Position numbers and translations under genes: made by a program
Notes under the pieces: model-generated
Databases searched by the model: none
What the model saw: the letters and a program-made list of their open reading frames with translations, nothing else
Told to the model about the DNA's origin: nothing
NCBI GenBank assembly: GCA_965203175.1
Contig: OZ241867.1
Location: 2,688,001 to 2,752,000 of the forward strand
Direction of reading: 5' to 3'
Source: Candidatus Latescibacterota bacterium
Lineage (GTDB): Bacteria > Latescibacterota > UBA2968 > UBA8231
DNA: 64,000 nt
In this document: positions 28,106 to 37,548 of the stretch, piece by piece
How the letters are laid out: each line of letters starts with the position of its first letter
Numbering within the stretch: position 1 is the first letter of the stretch

Positions 28106-28146
28106 CTACAAAATTGAAATAGTGTTAAAAAATGACAATTTTGTAG
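28106..28146. promoter_or_regulatory. Putative activator sites (ACA-N4-TGT type)
   Basis: CTACAAAATTGAAA at 28106 and TGACAATTTTGTAG at 28133, 95-135 bp upstream of the -24 element. Confidence 0.65.
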
Positions 28147-28155
28147 TTATGTTGT

Positions 28156-29709
28156 TCATTTCTTGTAGTTTTTTGGGCAGATATCCAGTTTTTGGATGCG
28201 ATAAGAGAAAATGCGGGTTGTAGTGCCGAGGGTGCGGGCGGCCTTGGCCATATTGCCGCGGGCGTTCTTGAGGGCTTCGATGATGATTTCTCGTTCATAG
28301 GACCGCATCATCGTCTTAAACGAACCCGTGACCGGTGTTCCGGTAGCGTCAGCCGTTTGCAGTGAGGGGGGCAGATGATGGCCGTGGATGACGCCGTCGT
28401 TACTGAGAATGATCGCCCGTTCAATGCAGTTTTCCAACTCGCGCACATTGCCCGGCCAGTGGTAGCTCATCATCATGTCAATGGCGGGCGTAGAAATGCG
28501 GTACATCTCCACGCCGTGCTGGTGGGAGTACTTTTCGAGGAAGTGGTCGGCGAGCTGGAGGATGTCGGATTTGCGCTCGCGCAAGGGCGGAATGAAGATG
28601 GGAAAGACATTGAGGCGATAGAAAAGATCCTCGCGAAATGTTCCCTCAGCTATGGCTTTTTCCAGATCTATGTGAGTTGCCGCGATGACCCGCACATCGA
28701 CTGGCACTGGGCCGCGGCCACCGAGGCGCTCGACTTCGCGATTTTGCAGCACGCGGAGCAGCTTGACCTGCGCGCCCAAGCTGAGCTCGCCGATTTCGTC
28801 GAGGAAAATCGTCCCGCCGCGCGCCCGTTCAAATCGACCGGCTTTGCTCGTCGAGGCTCCGGTGTAAGCGCCGCGCTCGTAGCCGAATAGCTCGGATTCG
28901 ACCAAGGTTTCCGGCAGGGCGGCGACGTGCACTTTGACGAAGGGTTTATCGGCACGTAAGCTGTTGTAATGTATGGCATCTGCGGCAAGTTCTTTACCCG
29001 TGCCGCTCGCGCCGCGCAACAGGACCGTGGCGTCGCTGGGAGCCACTTGACCGATGAGTTGGCAAACCTCTTGCATGGGGCGGGAGTTGCCGATGAGGTT
29101 GGCGGGGTGGAAGCGCTCGCGGAGCTCGTTTTGCAGGCGCAAATTTTCGTCGAGAAGCTGGGTTTGCTCGGCGCGGGCGCGTTGGCGGGCGGCGACTGAT
29201 TGGCCGATCATGACAGATATGATGGACAGCAGGCGCACGGTATCTTGCAGGCTTTCGTTGTCCTTATAAGGAATATCGACGCTAATGGTGCCTACCACCT
29301 GCTGCTGTTGGAGGATGGGCACGCAAATGAACGAGGTTTGGTTCTTGGCCGCACTGCCGCGGGCACCGGTGCGGTTGAGGAAGAGAGGCTCGCTGCTGAT
29401 GCGCGGCACGATCACGGGTTTGCCAGATTCTACGACCTTGCCGGTGATGCCTTCCCCGACGTCGTAGCGGCCCCGCTTGATTTCCGATTGTGAGAGTCCA
29501 TAAGCCACGTCAATGGAGACTTCGGAGGCTTCTTGGCTCAAGAGGCTGACCGTCCCCAAACTCATGTCGAGTTGGTCGCTCATGAGCTTGAGAATGACGT
29601 TGACTGCCTCCTCAAACTCGGTTGTCGAGCCTAGTAGCTGCCCGATTTCATGTAGAATAGAGATCTGTTGTTGAGCATTGGCGGTCGGTTGGGTGGACAT
29701 ATAAGCCAT
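28156..29709 (-). CDS. NifA-like GAF-AAA+-HTH sigma54 activator
   Basis: GAF ([15 protein letters not shown]), [27 protein letters not shown]; no receiver domain. Confidence 0.9.
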   Translation of the reverse strand: MAYMSTQPTANAQQQISILHEIGQLLGSTTEFEEAVNVILKLMSDQLDMSLGTVSLLSQEASEVSIDVAYGLSQSEIKRGRYDVGEGITGKVVESGKPVIVPRISSEPLFLNRTGARGSAAKNQTSFICVPILQQQQVVGTISVDIPYKDNESLQDTVRLLSIISVMIGQSVAARQRARAEQTQLLDENLRLQNELRERFHPANLIGNSRPMQEVCQLIGQVAPSDATVLLRGASGTGKELAADAIHYNSLRADKPFVKVHVAALPETLVESELFGYERGAYTGASTSKAGRFERARGGTIFLDEIGELSLGAQVKLLRVLQNREVERLGGRGPVPVDVRVIAATHIDLEKAIAEGTFREDLFYRLNVFPIFIPPLRERKSDILQLADHFLEKYSHQHGVEMYRISTPAIDMMMSYHWPGNVRELENCIERAIILSNDGVIHGHHLPPSLQTADATGTPVTGSFKTMMRSYEREIIIEALKNARGNMAKAARTLGTTTRIFSYRIQKLDICPKNYKK

Positions 29710-29718
29710 CCTATTTTA

Positions 29719-29895
29719 CGACATTTTTGTCATTATAATAGATAAAAAATACATTTTTGTAAATATCGGAAAGTCACATATTCGTTGTTAAAGACGAAAA
29801 ATCGACCAAAAATACAGGGTTATACGCCGCAAAAGGCCGTTATTCAATCGAAATCAAAAGGAACGTCGTACATTGTTGTAGCATAAACTATGCCA
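29719..29895 (-). promoter_or_regulatory. Sigma54 promoter of the NifA-like gene with downstream operator boxes
   Basis: TGGCAT-AGTTT-ATGC at 29881-29895; boxes CGACATTTTTGTCA (29719), ATACATTTTTGTAA (29749), GTACATTGTTGTAG (29868). Confidence 0.7.
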
Positions 29896-30040
29896 TCGCA
29901 GGCTAGGGTTCAGAGGGGCCGTAGGAATGGTGCGGCCCTCAAGGCTACGGGAAGGTCATTGCCGCAACGCATCAACTCGGTTATTATTCTGCTATGAGAG
30001 TTTCTAAAACGTCAGTAAACAGCAGTCCTGCGAGGTCGGC

Positions 30041-30814
30041 ATGAGTCGAGATATGACCGACCTACTAAACGAATGGTCCTTCGACCCAGAGGCGAATGTG
30101 CGGAAAATATCGGGAAGGGACGGGGTTGCGAAGATCCAGATCCGGGTGGACCAAGGGGCCTTTCAGGGCATTTTGCAGGTAAACCTCGACGGCCGACCCG
30201 ATGGCCGCCGGCCCCACGGGCAGGACTTTGCTCTCGATTACTACCGGGACGAATTGGAAAGATACCGCCGCGAACATGGGGCCAGCGACGAGGGTTTCGC
30301 GCTCGATGAAGCGGCTTGCCGCGAGCTTTTTGACGAGGGGAGCCGCTTGTACAAGCGCTATGCCTTTCTGATCCAATTGCACGACTACCGGCGAGTCGTA
30401 CGCGATACCGAGCGCAATATGGAGCTCTTTCGGTTCGTCAACCGCTATGCCGAGGACGAAGAGGACCGCGACAATCTGGAAAAATGGTGGCCTTATATCT
30501 TGCGCATCAACGGCGTAGCTCAGGCCATGATAGCCATTGGCGACCAAGAGTACGACAGAGCATTGGCCATCGTGCGGCGGACCCGCGCGCGGATTGGCAC
30601 GTGGCCCGAGGTGGAAGCCGAAGAGTTCTATATCGAGCGCGAGCGTTCAGAAGCTGCCCTCGAAGAGTTGGAGCAGGAGATTTTGCAAAAGAGACCGCTG
30701 AGCCAAAAGGAGCAGTTAGAGCGCTGGCTACAAGAAGCGGTTGATAGCGAAGATTTTGAAAAAGCCGCGCTCTTGCGCGACGAACTCAAGAAGTTGCGGG
30801 AAGGTGAAGGCTGA
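30041..30814 (+). CDS. UvrB/UvrC (UVR) motif-containing protein
   Basis: DGRPDGRRPHG; C-terminal LQEAVDSEDFEKAALLRDEL. Confidence 0.82.
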   Translation: MSRDMTDLLNEWSFDPEANVRKISGRDGVAKIQIRVDQGAFQGILQVNLDGRPDGRRPHGQDFALDYYRDELERYRREHGASDEGFALDEAACRELFDEGSRLYKRYAFLIQLHDYRRVVRDTERNMELFRFVNRYAEDEEDRDNLEKWWPYILRINGVAQAMIAIGDQEYDRALAIVRRTRARIGTWPEVEAEEFYIERERSEAALEELEQEILQKRPLSQKEQLERWLQEAVDSEDFEKAALLRDELKKLREGEG

Positions 30815-30856
30815 GCAATCGGGTGCCGCCCGCAACAAAATCCTACCGAATTAGCG

Positions 30857-30885
30857 GTCCGCTGCCCTAGACGCGGGCAGCGGAC
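30857..30885. terminator. Hairpin between convergent genes
   Basis: GTCCGCTGCCC-N7-GGGCAGCGGAC. Confidence 0.6.
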
Positions 30886-30897
30886 TCACTTACAATT

Positions 30898-31770
30898 CTA
30901 ATAAAATTCCGTCTCATCTACCAACGCGAGGAGCGACTGGTAGCGAGTCGGGTGGCGGAGTTTACTCAGGGCGCGCTCCTTGAGCTGGCGCACGCGCTCC
31001 CGCGTCAGGCCCATCAACCCACCGATCTGCTCCAAGGTCAGAGCTTGACTGCCATCGAGGCCGAAGTAGAGGCGAATAATGCGCAACTCGCGGTCTTCGA
31101 GGCTGGCGAGGGCTTCCTCTAAGTGGGCACGGGCCGAGGTTTGCAAGACGTCGCTGTCGGGCGTCTCCTGATTGTCATCGGCGAGGAGGCTGAGCAGGCT
31201 GCGATCGTCGTCGTTTTCAAAAGACTCGTCGAGCGAACGCACTGAGCGGGCGCTGAGCATAGTGTCGAGAATCTCTTCGGTTGGCAGGCCCAACTCAGTG
31301 GCGATTTCCTCGACATCCGGCTCGCTCTCGCGGCCTTGGCCCAGCTTGCGCACGGCCCGCGAAATATCCTTGAGCAGGCTGAGCTTATTCAACGGTAGGC
31401 GCACAGTGCGGGCGTGCTCGGCGATAGTCTGCAAGATGGATTGCTTGATCCACCACACGGCGTACGAGATGAACTTGTATCCCTTGGTGCCGTCGAAGCG
31501 CTCGGCAGCGGTCAGCAAGCCCACATTACCCGCGCTGATTAAGTCCTCTAGCGAGAGGCCGCGGTTCTGATAGTTTTTGGCCACATCGATGACGAAGCGC
31601 AGGTTGGCCTGAACCAACTCGTCGCGGGCGTTCATGTCGCCATCCTGGATCCGCTCCGAGAGTTCGACTTCCCGCTGACGGCTCAGCGGCCTAGACTCGG
31701 CGATGTCGTCGAAGTAGAGGCGCAGGGTGTTGTCCTCGTCATTTAGGGCTTCTTGGATCGCGTAAGCCAT
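30898..31770 (-). CDS. RNA polymerase sigma70 factor, short RpoD/SigA-like (no region 1.1)
   Basis: ANLRFV, DLISAGNVGL, KFISYAVWWIKQ, TRERVRQ. Confidence 0.93.
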   Translation of the reverse strand: MAYAIQEALNDEDNTLRLYFDDIAESRPLSRQREVELSERIQDGDMNARDELVQANLRFVIDVAKNYQNRGLSLEDLISAGNVGLLTAAERFDGTKGYKFISYAVWWIKQSILQTIAEHARTVRLPLNKLSLLKDISRAVRKLGQGRESEPDVEEIATELGLPTEEILDTMLSARSVRSLDESFENDDDRSLLSLLADDNQETPDSDVLQTSARAHLEEALASLEDRELRIIRLYFGLDGSQALTLEQIGGLMGLTRERVRQLKERALSKLRHPTRYQSLLALVDETEFY

Positions 31771-31804
31771 GTGCGAAACCTTCCTTAGGTAATGGGGTCA
31801 GCAG

Positions 31805-32211
31805 GTGCAAATTTTTGCACTTAGTTGCAACAATTTTGGGCCGATGTCCTGCAAGGCGCTTGAATTGCGCGAGTTAGAAGCATCAGGTTCTATATGCTCA
31901 AAGTGCAAAAATTGCATCTCTACAGTTTCAACTCGGGGCTGCAAAGCGTCCCCGCGTTGCTCAATGCTTGATCCGACAAAATTGTTTGCTCTGTATTAAC
32001 AGATAGTTACGGTCGATACGGGCTGTGAAACTCTTTCGGTTGCGCGAAGGGCGACCGGTGCTCCTTTCGACTCACGTATAGATAAGCAAATCTAATGCCA
32101 CAATGAGCTAATGATAGATAAGATATTGTAAATGCGTCATTTGAGAAATAAACACTAACGGGCGAGGAGCGGGTTGAGGGGCCACGTAGGCGTAAAAGTG
32201 CAAAAAATGCA
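31805..32211. promoter_or_regulatory. Repeated TGCA-N5/6-TGCA boxes
   Basis: GTGCAAATTTTTGCAC (31805), GTGCAAAAATTGCAT (31903), GTGCAAAAAATGCA (32198). Confidence 0.65.
32086..32100 (-). promoter_or_regulatory. Sigma54 promoter facing the sigma70 gene
   Basis: TGGCAT-TAGAT-TTGC. Confidence 0.8.
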
Positions 32212-32276
32212 GGAGTTGCTAAAATTGGCGAGCGGGTTGCCGACTTATCGCACGTGTGTCGACAGCCGTCAGCGCG

Positions 32277-33641
32277 TTACTTGGTCGCGATGTTGTATCG
32301 CTTGATTTTGTACTGAAGAGAGCGGACGCTGATGCCCAAAATAGCGGCCGCTTCGCGGCGGTTGCCCGTGAGACGTTGGAGGGTTTGGCGGATGAGTTCG
32401 GCTTCGACTTCCTGGAGGGAAGAGCCGAGGGTCATTGAGAACTGACCAGGGCTATCGGCTAGCTCGCCGAGCGGGCCGGGCAGGTGCTCGGGGAGGATGA
32501 CTGCAGCCGAAGTGGTGACCACGAGCCGCTGCAGCAGGTTGCGCAACTGGCGCACATTGCCCGGCCAATTATAGGCTATGAGGCCCTCCATGGCTTCTGG
32601 GCTGATTTTCTTGGGGGGCTTGTTTTGCGCGCGGCAGGTTTCGTCTAGGCACATTTCGACTAAGACCGGGATGTCTTCCCGCCGCTGACGCAAGGGAGGG
32701 ATGTCGATGGGGATCACGTTGAGTCGGTAGTACAGGTCTTCGCGGAAGGCACCGGTTGCGACGGCGTTTTCGAGGTCGCGGTTGGTCGCGGCGATGATGC
32801 GCACATCAGCGCGATGGACCTGCGGGTCTCCGAGCGGTTGGAACTCGTGGGACTCTAGGACTCGCAGAAGTTCGACCTGGTTTTTGTGCGAGACCTCGCC
32901 GATTTCGTCAAGGAAGAGGGTTCCGCCCTCGGCGAGGGTGAAACGACCCGGCCGGTCGGCGTGGGCACTGGTAAAGGCCCCGCGCTTGTGGCCGAACAAT
33001 TCACTAGTAAAAAGCTCTTCGGTGAAGCCGCCGCAGTTGACGGCCACAAAGGGAGCGTCGCGGCGTCTGCTGCGATCGTGGATGGCGCGTGCGACCAGAT
33101 CCTTGCCGACGCCGGTCTCGCCGCGCAAGAGTACCGGCACGTCTGTTTCGGCTACTTGTTTGATTGTGGCGGCGGCGGCCTGCATGGCTGGGCTGCGGCG
33201 CACGAGGCGGCGGAAAGGGGCTTCTTTTTCGAGGCGGTGGTGGAGCTTGCGGTTTTCGACGACAAGCTCGAAGCGATCGAGTGCGCGGGCGACTACGACG
33301 CGCAAGTGGTCTAAATCGACGGGTTTGGTCACCACGTCGTACGCGCCTTTGCGCATGGCTTCGACCGCACTGTGGACGTTGTCGTGGTCCGTGAGTATGA
33401 TGCACAGGGTGTCGGGGTGTTGCTGGCCGATCTCCTGCAAAAGTTGCATCCCAGCGGGGCCAGGCATCTGCAGGTCGAGAATAGCCAAGTGAAAATTGCC
33501 GGCTTTTAGCATCCGGCGCACTTGGGTACCGTCCGCAGCAGTCTCAATGGCATAGCCGGGTTTTTGCAATGCCTCTTGTAGCCCTTCGCGGATAAAGAGC
33601 GATTGGTCGGCGATGAGGATGTTGGCTTGGAGTTGGGGCAT
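32277..33641 (-). CDS. Sigma54-dependent response regulator (NtrC family), no adjacent kinase
   Basis: Receiver (LDLQMPG, TKP), GETGVGKD, GAFTSA, WPGNVRQL, HTH. Confidence 0.9.
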   Translation of the reverse strand: MPQLQANILIADQSLFIREGLQEALQKPGYAIETAADGTQVRRMLKAGNFHLAILDLQMPGPAGMQLLQEIGQQHPDTLCIILTDHDNVHSAVEAMRKGAYDVVTKPVDLDHLRVVVARALDRFELVVENRKLHHRLEKEAPFRRLVRRSPAMQAAAATIKQVAETDVPVLLRGETGVGKDLVARAIHDRSRRRDAPFVAVNCGGFTEELFTSELFGHKRGAFTSAHADRPGRFTLAEGGTLFLDEIGEVSHKNQVELLRVLESHEFQPLGDPQVHRADVRIIAATNRDLENAVATGAFREDLYYRLNVIPIDIPPLRQRREDIPVLVEMCLDETCRAQNKPPKKISPEAMEGLIAYNWPGNVRQLRNLLQRLVVTTSAAVILPEHLPGPLGELADSPGQFSMTLGSSLQEVEAELIRQTLQRLTGNRREAAAILGISVRSLQYKIKRYNIATK

Positions 33642-33685
33642 GGACTTTTGTTGACAGTGATGGCAAGGGGACTAGCTTTTCATTC

Positions 33686-34414
33686 ATGGAGAATAAGCAA
33701 AACGTCGCCGAACACAAGAGGCGCAACCGAGACATGTTCAACGCCATTGCCCGGCGCTACGACTTGCTCAACCACTTGCTCAGCGGCGGAGTCGATGTGT
33801 ACTGGCGGCGGCGCGCCCTCCAAGCAGCCCAGGACAAGCGCCCGCAGCGCGTTTTGGATCTGGCTACTGGGACTGGCGACTTTGCCCTCGCGGCCGCTCG
33901 CTTGGGACCGCAGCAGGTCGTCGGTATTGACATGGCCATTGAGATGCTGCGGTTGGGGGCGGCCAAGGTGGCGGCCAAAAGCCCGTCCGCGCGCGTGGAG
34001 CTGTTGGTCGGCGACGCCGAGCAACTACCGTTTCAGGACAATACCTTCGACATGGTGACCGGGGCTTTTGGGGTGCGCAACTTTGGGAACATTCCCAGTG
34101 GCTTGGCCGAGGCTCATCGGGTGCTCAAGCCCGGCGGCCAGCTCTTGGTGCTCGATTTTTGCGAGCCTACTGCGCCGCTGTTCCGGCAATTATACTTGTT
34201 TTACTTCCACAAAGTGCTGCCCCTGATCGGCGGCTTAATTTCCGGTCAGCGCCGGGCCTACGCCTATCTGCCGCGCTCGGTGGGAACCTTTCCCCAAGGG
34301 CGAGCCTTTGTCGAATTGCTCGTCGCGGCTGGGTTCAGTCAGACGCGCTACACGCCCATGACCCTGGGGATTGCCGCGGTGTACCAGGGCGTCAAAGGGG
34401 CGGTTGACGAATAG
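33686..34414 (+). CDS. menG: Demethylmenaquinone methyltransferase (UbiE/MenG)
   Basis: MFNAIARRYDLLNHLLS, LDLATGTGD, FGVRN, YAYLPRS. Confidence 0.93.
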   Translation: MENKQNVAEHKRRNRDMFNAIARRYDLLNHLLSGGVDVYWRRRALQAAQDKRPQRVLDLATGTGDFALAAARLGPQQVVGIDMAIEMLRLGAAKVAAKSPSARVELLVGDAEQLPFQDNTFDMVTGAFGVRNFGNIPSGLAEAHRVLKPGGQLLVLDFCEPTAPLFRQLYLFYFHKVLPLIGGLISGQRRAYAYLPRSVGTFPQGRAFVELLVAAGFSQTRYTPMTLGIAAVYQGVKGAVDE

Positions 34415-34454
34415 GATACCCATAAGTATTATGTACTAAACGCAGGAGAAATAA

Positions 34455-35579
34455 GTGATTTACGACGACCTTATCGGCCGCGCCGGTCTCGCGGATATCC
34501 ACGACAAAGTGCTGGCTGGACAGCGCTTGAGCCTCGACGATGGTCTGCGCCTGTACGCCTGCGATGAGCTGCCCATCTTGGGCTATCTGGCCAATATCGT
34601 CCGCGAGCGCAAAAGCGGCGACACTGCGTACTACGTGCGCAACCAGCACATCAACTACACCAATGTCTGTAACAAGCTCTGTAAGTTCTGCTCCTTCTAC
34701 GTCAAGCCCAAAGATGAGCGCGGCTACGTGTTGTCGCCCGAGCAAGTCGCCGCGCGGGTCGCCGAGTACGATCAAGCTCCGATCACCGAGATCCACATGG
34801 TCGGCGGCGTCAATCCCAAACTGCCCTACCAATACTATCTCGACGTCTTGCGGGCGATGAAGCAAGCCCGTCCCGCCGCGCATCTGAAGGCCTTCACCAT
34901 GATCGAGATCGCCCAGATTCAGCGCATCGCCAAAAAGCCGCTGGAGGAGATTTTTGCCGACATGAAGGCCGCTGGGCTGGAGTCGCTGCCCGGCGGTGGG
35001 GCCGAGGTCTTCAGCGACCGGGTTCAGGGCGATCTTTTCTGGACTAAGGCGGACTCCGAGGAGTGGCTGGAGATCGCGCAGGCGGCGCACAGAGCCGGCC
35101 TGCCCTCCAATGCCACCATGCTCTATGGCCATATCGAAAATACCGAGGAGAAGGTCTATCACCTCGTGCGGCTGCGCGAAGTACAGGACGAGACCGGCGG
35201 TTTCCTCTGCTATATCCCGCTCTCTTTTCACCCTGAGCGCACCGAGTTGGAGGACTTGCCTGGGCCGACGGGTTGCCTAGATCTCAAGGAGATCGCCGTG
35301 GGGCGGCTGATGCTGGACAACTTCCCCCACGTCAAGACCTTCTGGATTATGAATACCATTGAGATTTCGCAGACCGCGCTCTGGTATGGGGCCGACGATA
35401 TCGACGGCACAGTCATGGACTACGAAATCACCCGCAAGAGTTTTACTGAGACGCAGCAGCGGCTGACGCAGGCCGAACTCTTGCAGCGCATCGTCGAGGC
35501 CGGGCGCCAACCTTTGGAGCGCGACTCCCTCTACAATATCGTCGCCGATACCCCGACTCTGCTGGCGGCGGCTGGATAG
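34455..35579 (+). CDS. mqnE: Aminofutalosine synthase (radical SAM)
   Basis: NYTNVCNKLCKFC, HLKAFT, PGGGAE, NATMLYGH, GADDIDGT. Confidence 0.88.
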   Translation: MIYDDLIGRAGLADIHDKVLAGQRLSLDDGLRLYACDELPILGYLANIVRERKSGDTAYYVRNQHINYTNVCNKLCKFCSFYVKPKDERGYVLSPEQVAARVAEYDQAPITEIHMVGGVNPKLPYQYYLDVLRAMKQARPAAHLKAFTMIEIAQIQRIAKKPLEEIFADMKAAGLESLPGGGAEVFSDRVQGDLFWTKADSEEWLEIAQAAHRAGLPSNATMLYGHIENTEEKVYHLVRLREVQDETGGFLCYIPLSFHPERTELEDLPGPTGCLDLKEIAVGRLMLDNFPHVKTFWIMNTIEISQTALWYGADDIDGTVMDYEITRKSFTETQQRLTQAELLQRIVEAGRQPLERDSLYNIVADTPTLLAAAG

Positions 35580-35584
35580 CACCC

Positions 35585-36727
35585 GTGATCACTGATATTG
35601 CCGAAAAGGTCTATGCCGGGGAGCGCCTCGCGCTCGATGATGCCCGCCGCCTGTACGCGCACCACAACCTCGCTGAGTTGGGGATGCTGGCGCATTGGGT
35701 GCGCCTGCAGAAACACCCCGAGCAGATGGTCACCTACAACGTCGGGCGCAACATCAACTACACCAATGTCTGCTGGGTCAAGTGCGACTTTTGCGCCTTC
35801 TACCGGCCGCCGGGTTCGAGCGAGGGCTACGTCCTGCCCAATGAGCAGATATTTGCCAAAATCGACGAGTTGGTGGCCTTTGGCGGCGACGAGCCCAAGT
35901 CCTGTGAGATCCTGATGCAGGGTGGCCTCAACCCCAAGCTGCGCCTCGATTACTACGAACAGTTGCTCTCGGCGATCAGGGACCGCTATCCGCAGGTGCA
36001 GCTACACTGTCTTTCCGCTACAGAGATCATCTACATCGCGCACCTGTCGCGGCTGCCGCTGGACGAGACCATTCGCCGCCTGCGCGACGCGGGGCTGGAT
36101 TCGATCCCGGGTGCCGGGGCCGAGATTCTCAACGACGAGGTACGCGACATTATCGGCTTTCGCAAGGACCGCACCGAGGAATGGCTGGAAGTGCATCGCG
36201 CGGCGCACGAGCTGGGGATGTCTACTACGGCGACGATGATGTACGGCCACGTGGAGACGGTCGAACATCGCCTAGAGCACTTGGACCACCTGCGGCAGCT
36301 ACAGGACGAACGGGGTGGTTTCACTGCCTTTATTACTTGGAACTTTCAGCCCGACCACACGGATTTGGGCGCGGACGAGTCGCGTTGGAACGGTGCCAAA
36401 GCGACTGGGTACGACCACTTGCGCACGGTGGCCGTAGCGCGGCTCTTCCTCGACAACATTCCCAGCCTGCAGGCTTCGTGGGTGACCCAAGGGCCTAAGA
36501 TCGCCCAAGTCAGCTTGCGCTACGGTATCAACGACTTCGGCAGCACCATGCTCGAAGAAAACGTCGTCAGCGCCGCCGGCACCAGTCATACCAACGAGAT
36601 GGGGCTAGACGCCATGGAACGGCTAATCCGCGACGCTGGCTTTGCACCGAGGCGGCGCAATACTCGTTACGAGCCGGTGGCCTCACCCTGTCGGATCGAC
36701 GCTTTGCAAGAGTTGTCCCATTCATGA
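35585..36727 (+). CDS. mqnC: Cyclic dehypoxanthinyl futalosine synthase
   Basis: RNINYTNVC..KC.FCAFYR, MQGG, TATMMYGH, QASWVTQG, DFGSTMLEENVV. Confidence 0.92.
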   Translation: MITDIAEKVYAGERLALDDARRLYAHHNLAELGMLAHWVRLQKHPEQMVTYNVGRNINYTNVCWVKCDFCAFYRPPGSSEGYVLPNEQIFAKIDELVAFGGDEPKSCEILMQGGLNPKLRLDYYEQLLSAIRDRYPQVQLHCLSATEIIYIAHLSRLPLDETIRRLRDAGLDSIPGAGAEILNDEVRDIIGFRKDRTEEWLEVHRAAHELGMSTTATMMYGHVETVEHRLEHLDHLRQLQDERGGFTAFITWNFQPDHTDLGADESRWNGAKATGYDHLRTVAVARLFLDNIPSLQASWVTQGPKIAQVSLRYGINDFGSTMLEENVVSAAGTSHTNEMGLDAMERLIRDAGFAPRRRNTRYEPVASPCRIDALQELSHS

Positions 36728-37518
36728 AACCGCGCTTGGGCGCGGTCCCGTACCTCAACACGCGGCCCCTCGTCGTCGCCCTCGAACGCGATCCCGCACC
36801 TTTCGCACTGAGTTATTCGGTGCCCTCGCGCTGCGCGAGGGAGCTGGAGGATGGCACCATCGACGTGGGGATCATCCCCGTGATCGAATACGCCCGCAGC
36901 GCTTGCCCTTACTGGATCGTTCCTGATATAGCCATTGGTTCGCAGGGGTCGGTGCTGACGGTGCGCCTCTTCTGCCGCCGTCCGTTGCCGCAGGTCGAGC
37001 GCATAGCCTTGGACACTAGTTCCCGCACTTCAGTGGCTTTGTTGTCCATCCTTCTGCGCGAAAAATTTGCTCTCACTCCGCAATTGATCGAAGCTCCACC
37101 CGATTTGGAGGCCATGTTAGAGTGTGCTGACGCGGCCCTGCTCATCGGCGATCAGGTTTTCCCGCACTTGGACGGGGACGTGGAGAGCTTGGACTTGGGT
37201 CGGGAATGGACGACTATGACCGATTTGCCGTTTGTATTTGCCTTTTGGGCTGGTCACCAACAGGCGCTTACACCCGTCCAAGTCCAACAATTGCAGTGGG
37301 CCAAAAATCAGGGGGTATGCCAAGTGCCGTCTATCGCTGCAGCGCACAGCCGAGAATGCGGCGGTTCGCCCGAGTTCTACGAGCGCTACCTGACCCGCCA
37401 CATCCGCTTTGATTTGGACGAGGCCGCTCAGGCTGGTTTGCGGCTGTTCTACCAAATGGCTCACCGCCACGGCCTGATCGACGCGGTGCCCCCGCTGCGC
37501 TTTTATCCAGCGGCCTGA
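36724..37518 (+). CDS. mqnA: Chorismate dehydratase
   Basis: YLNTRPL, SSRTSVAL, LLIGD, LPFVFAFW. Confidence 0.92.
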   Translation: MKPRLGAVPYLNTRPLVVALERDPAPFALSYSVPSRCARELEDGTIDVGIIPVIEYARSACPYWIVPDIAIGSQGSVLTVRLFCRRPLPQVERIALDTSSRTSVALLSILLREKFALTPQLIEAPPDLEAMLECADAALLIGDQVFPHLDGDVESLDLGREWTTMTDLPFVFAFWAGHQQALTPVQVQQLQWAKNQGVCQVPSIAAAHSRECGGSPEFYERYLTRHIRFDLDEAAQAGLRLFYQMAHRHGLIDAVPPLRFYPAA

Positions 37519-37548
37519 CCGAGGCCGTTCTTGTCGAGGAAGGTCGAG

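Noticed and set aside
28156-29709. Calling the activator nifA and inferring nitrogen fixation
   Set aside because: No nif genes in the window, and the nearby boxes are not TGT-N10-ACA
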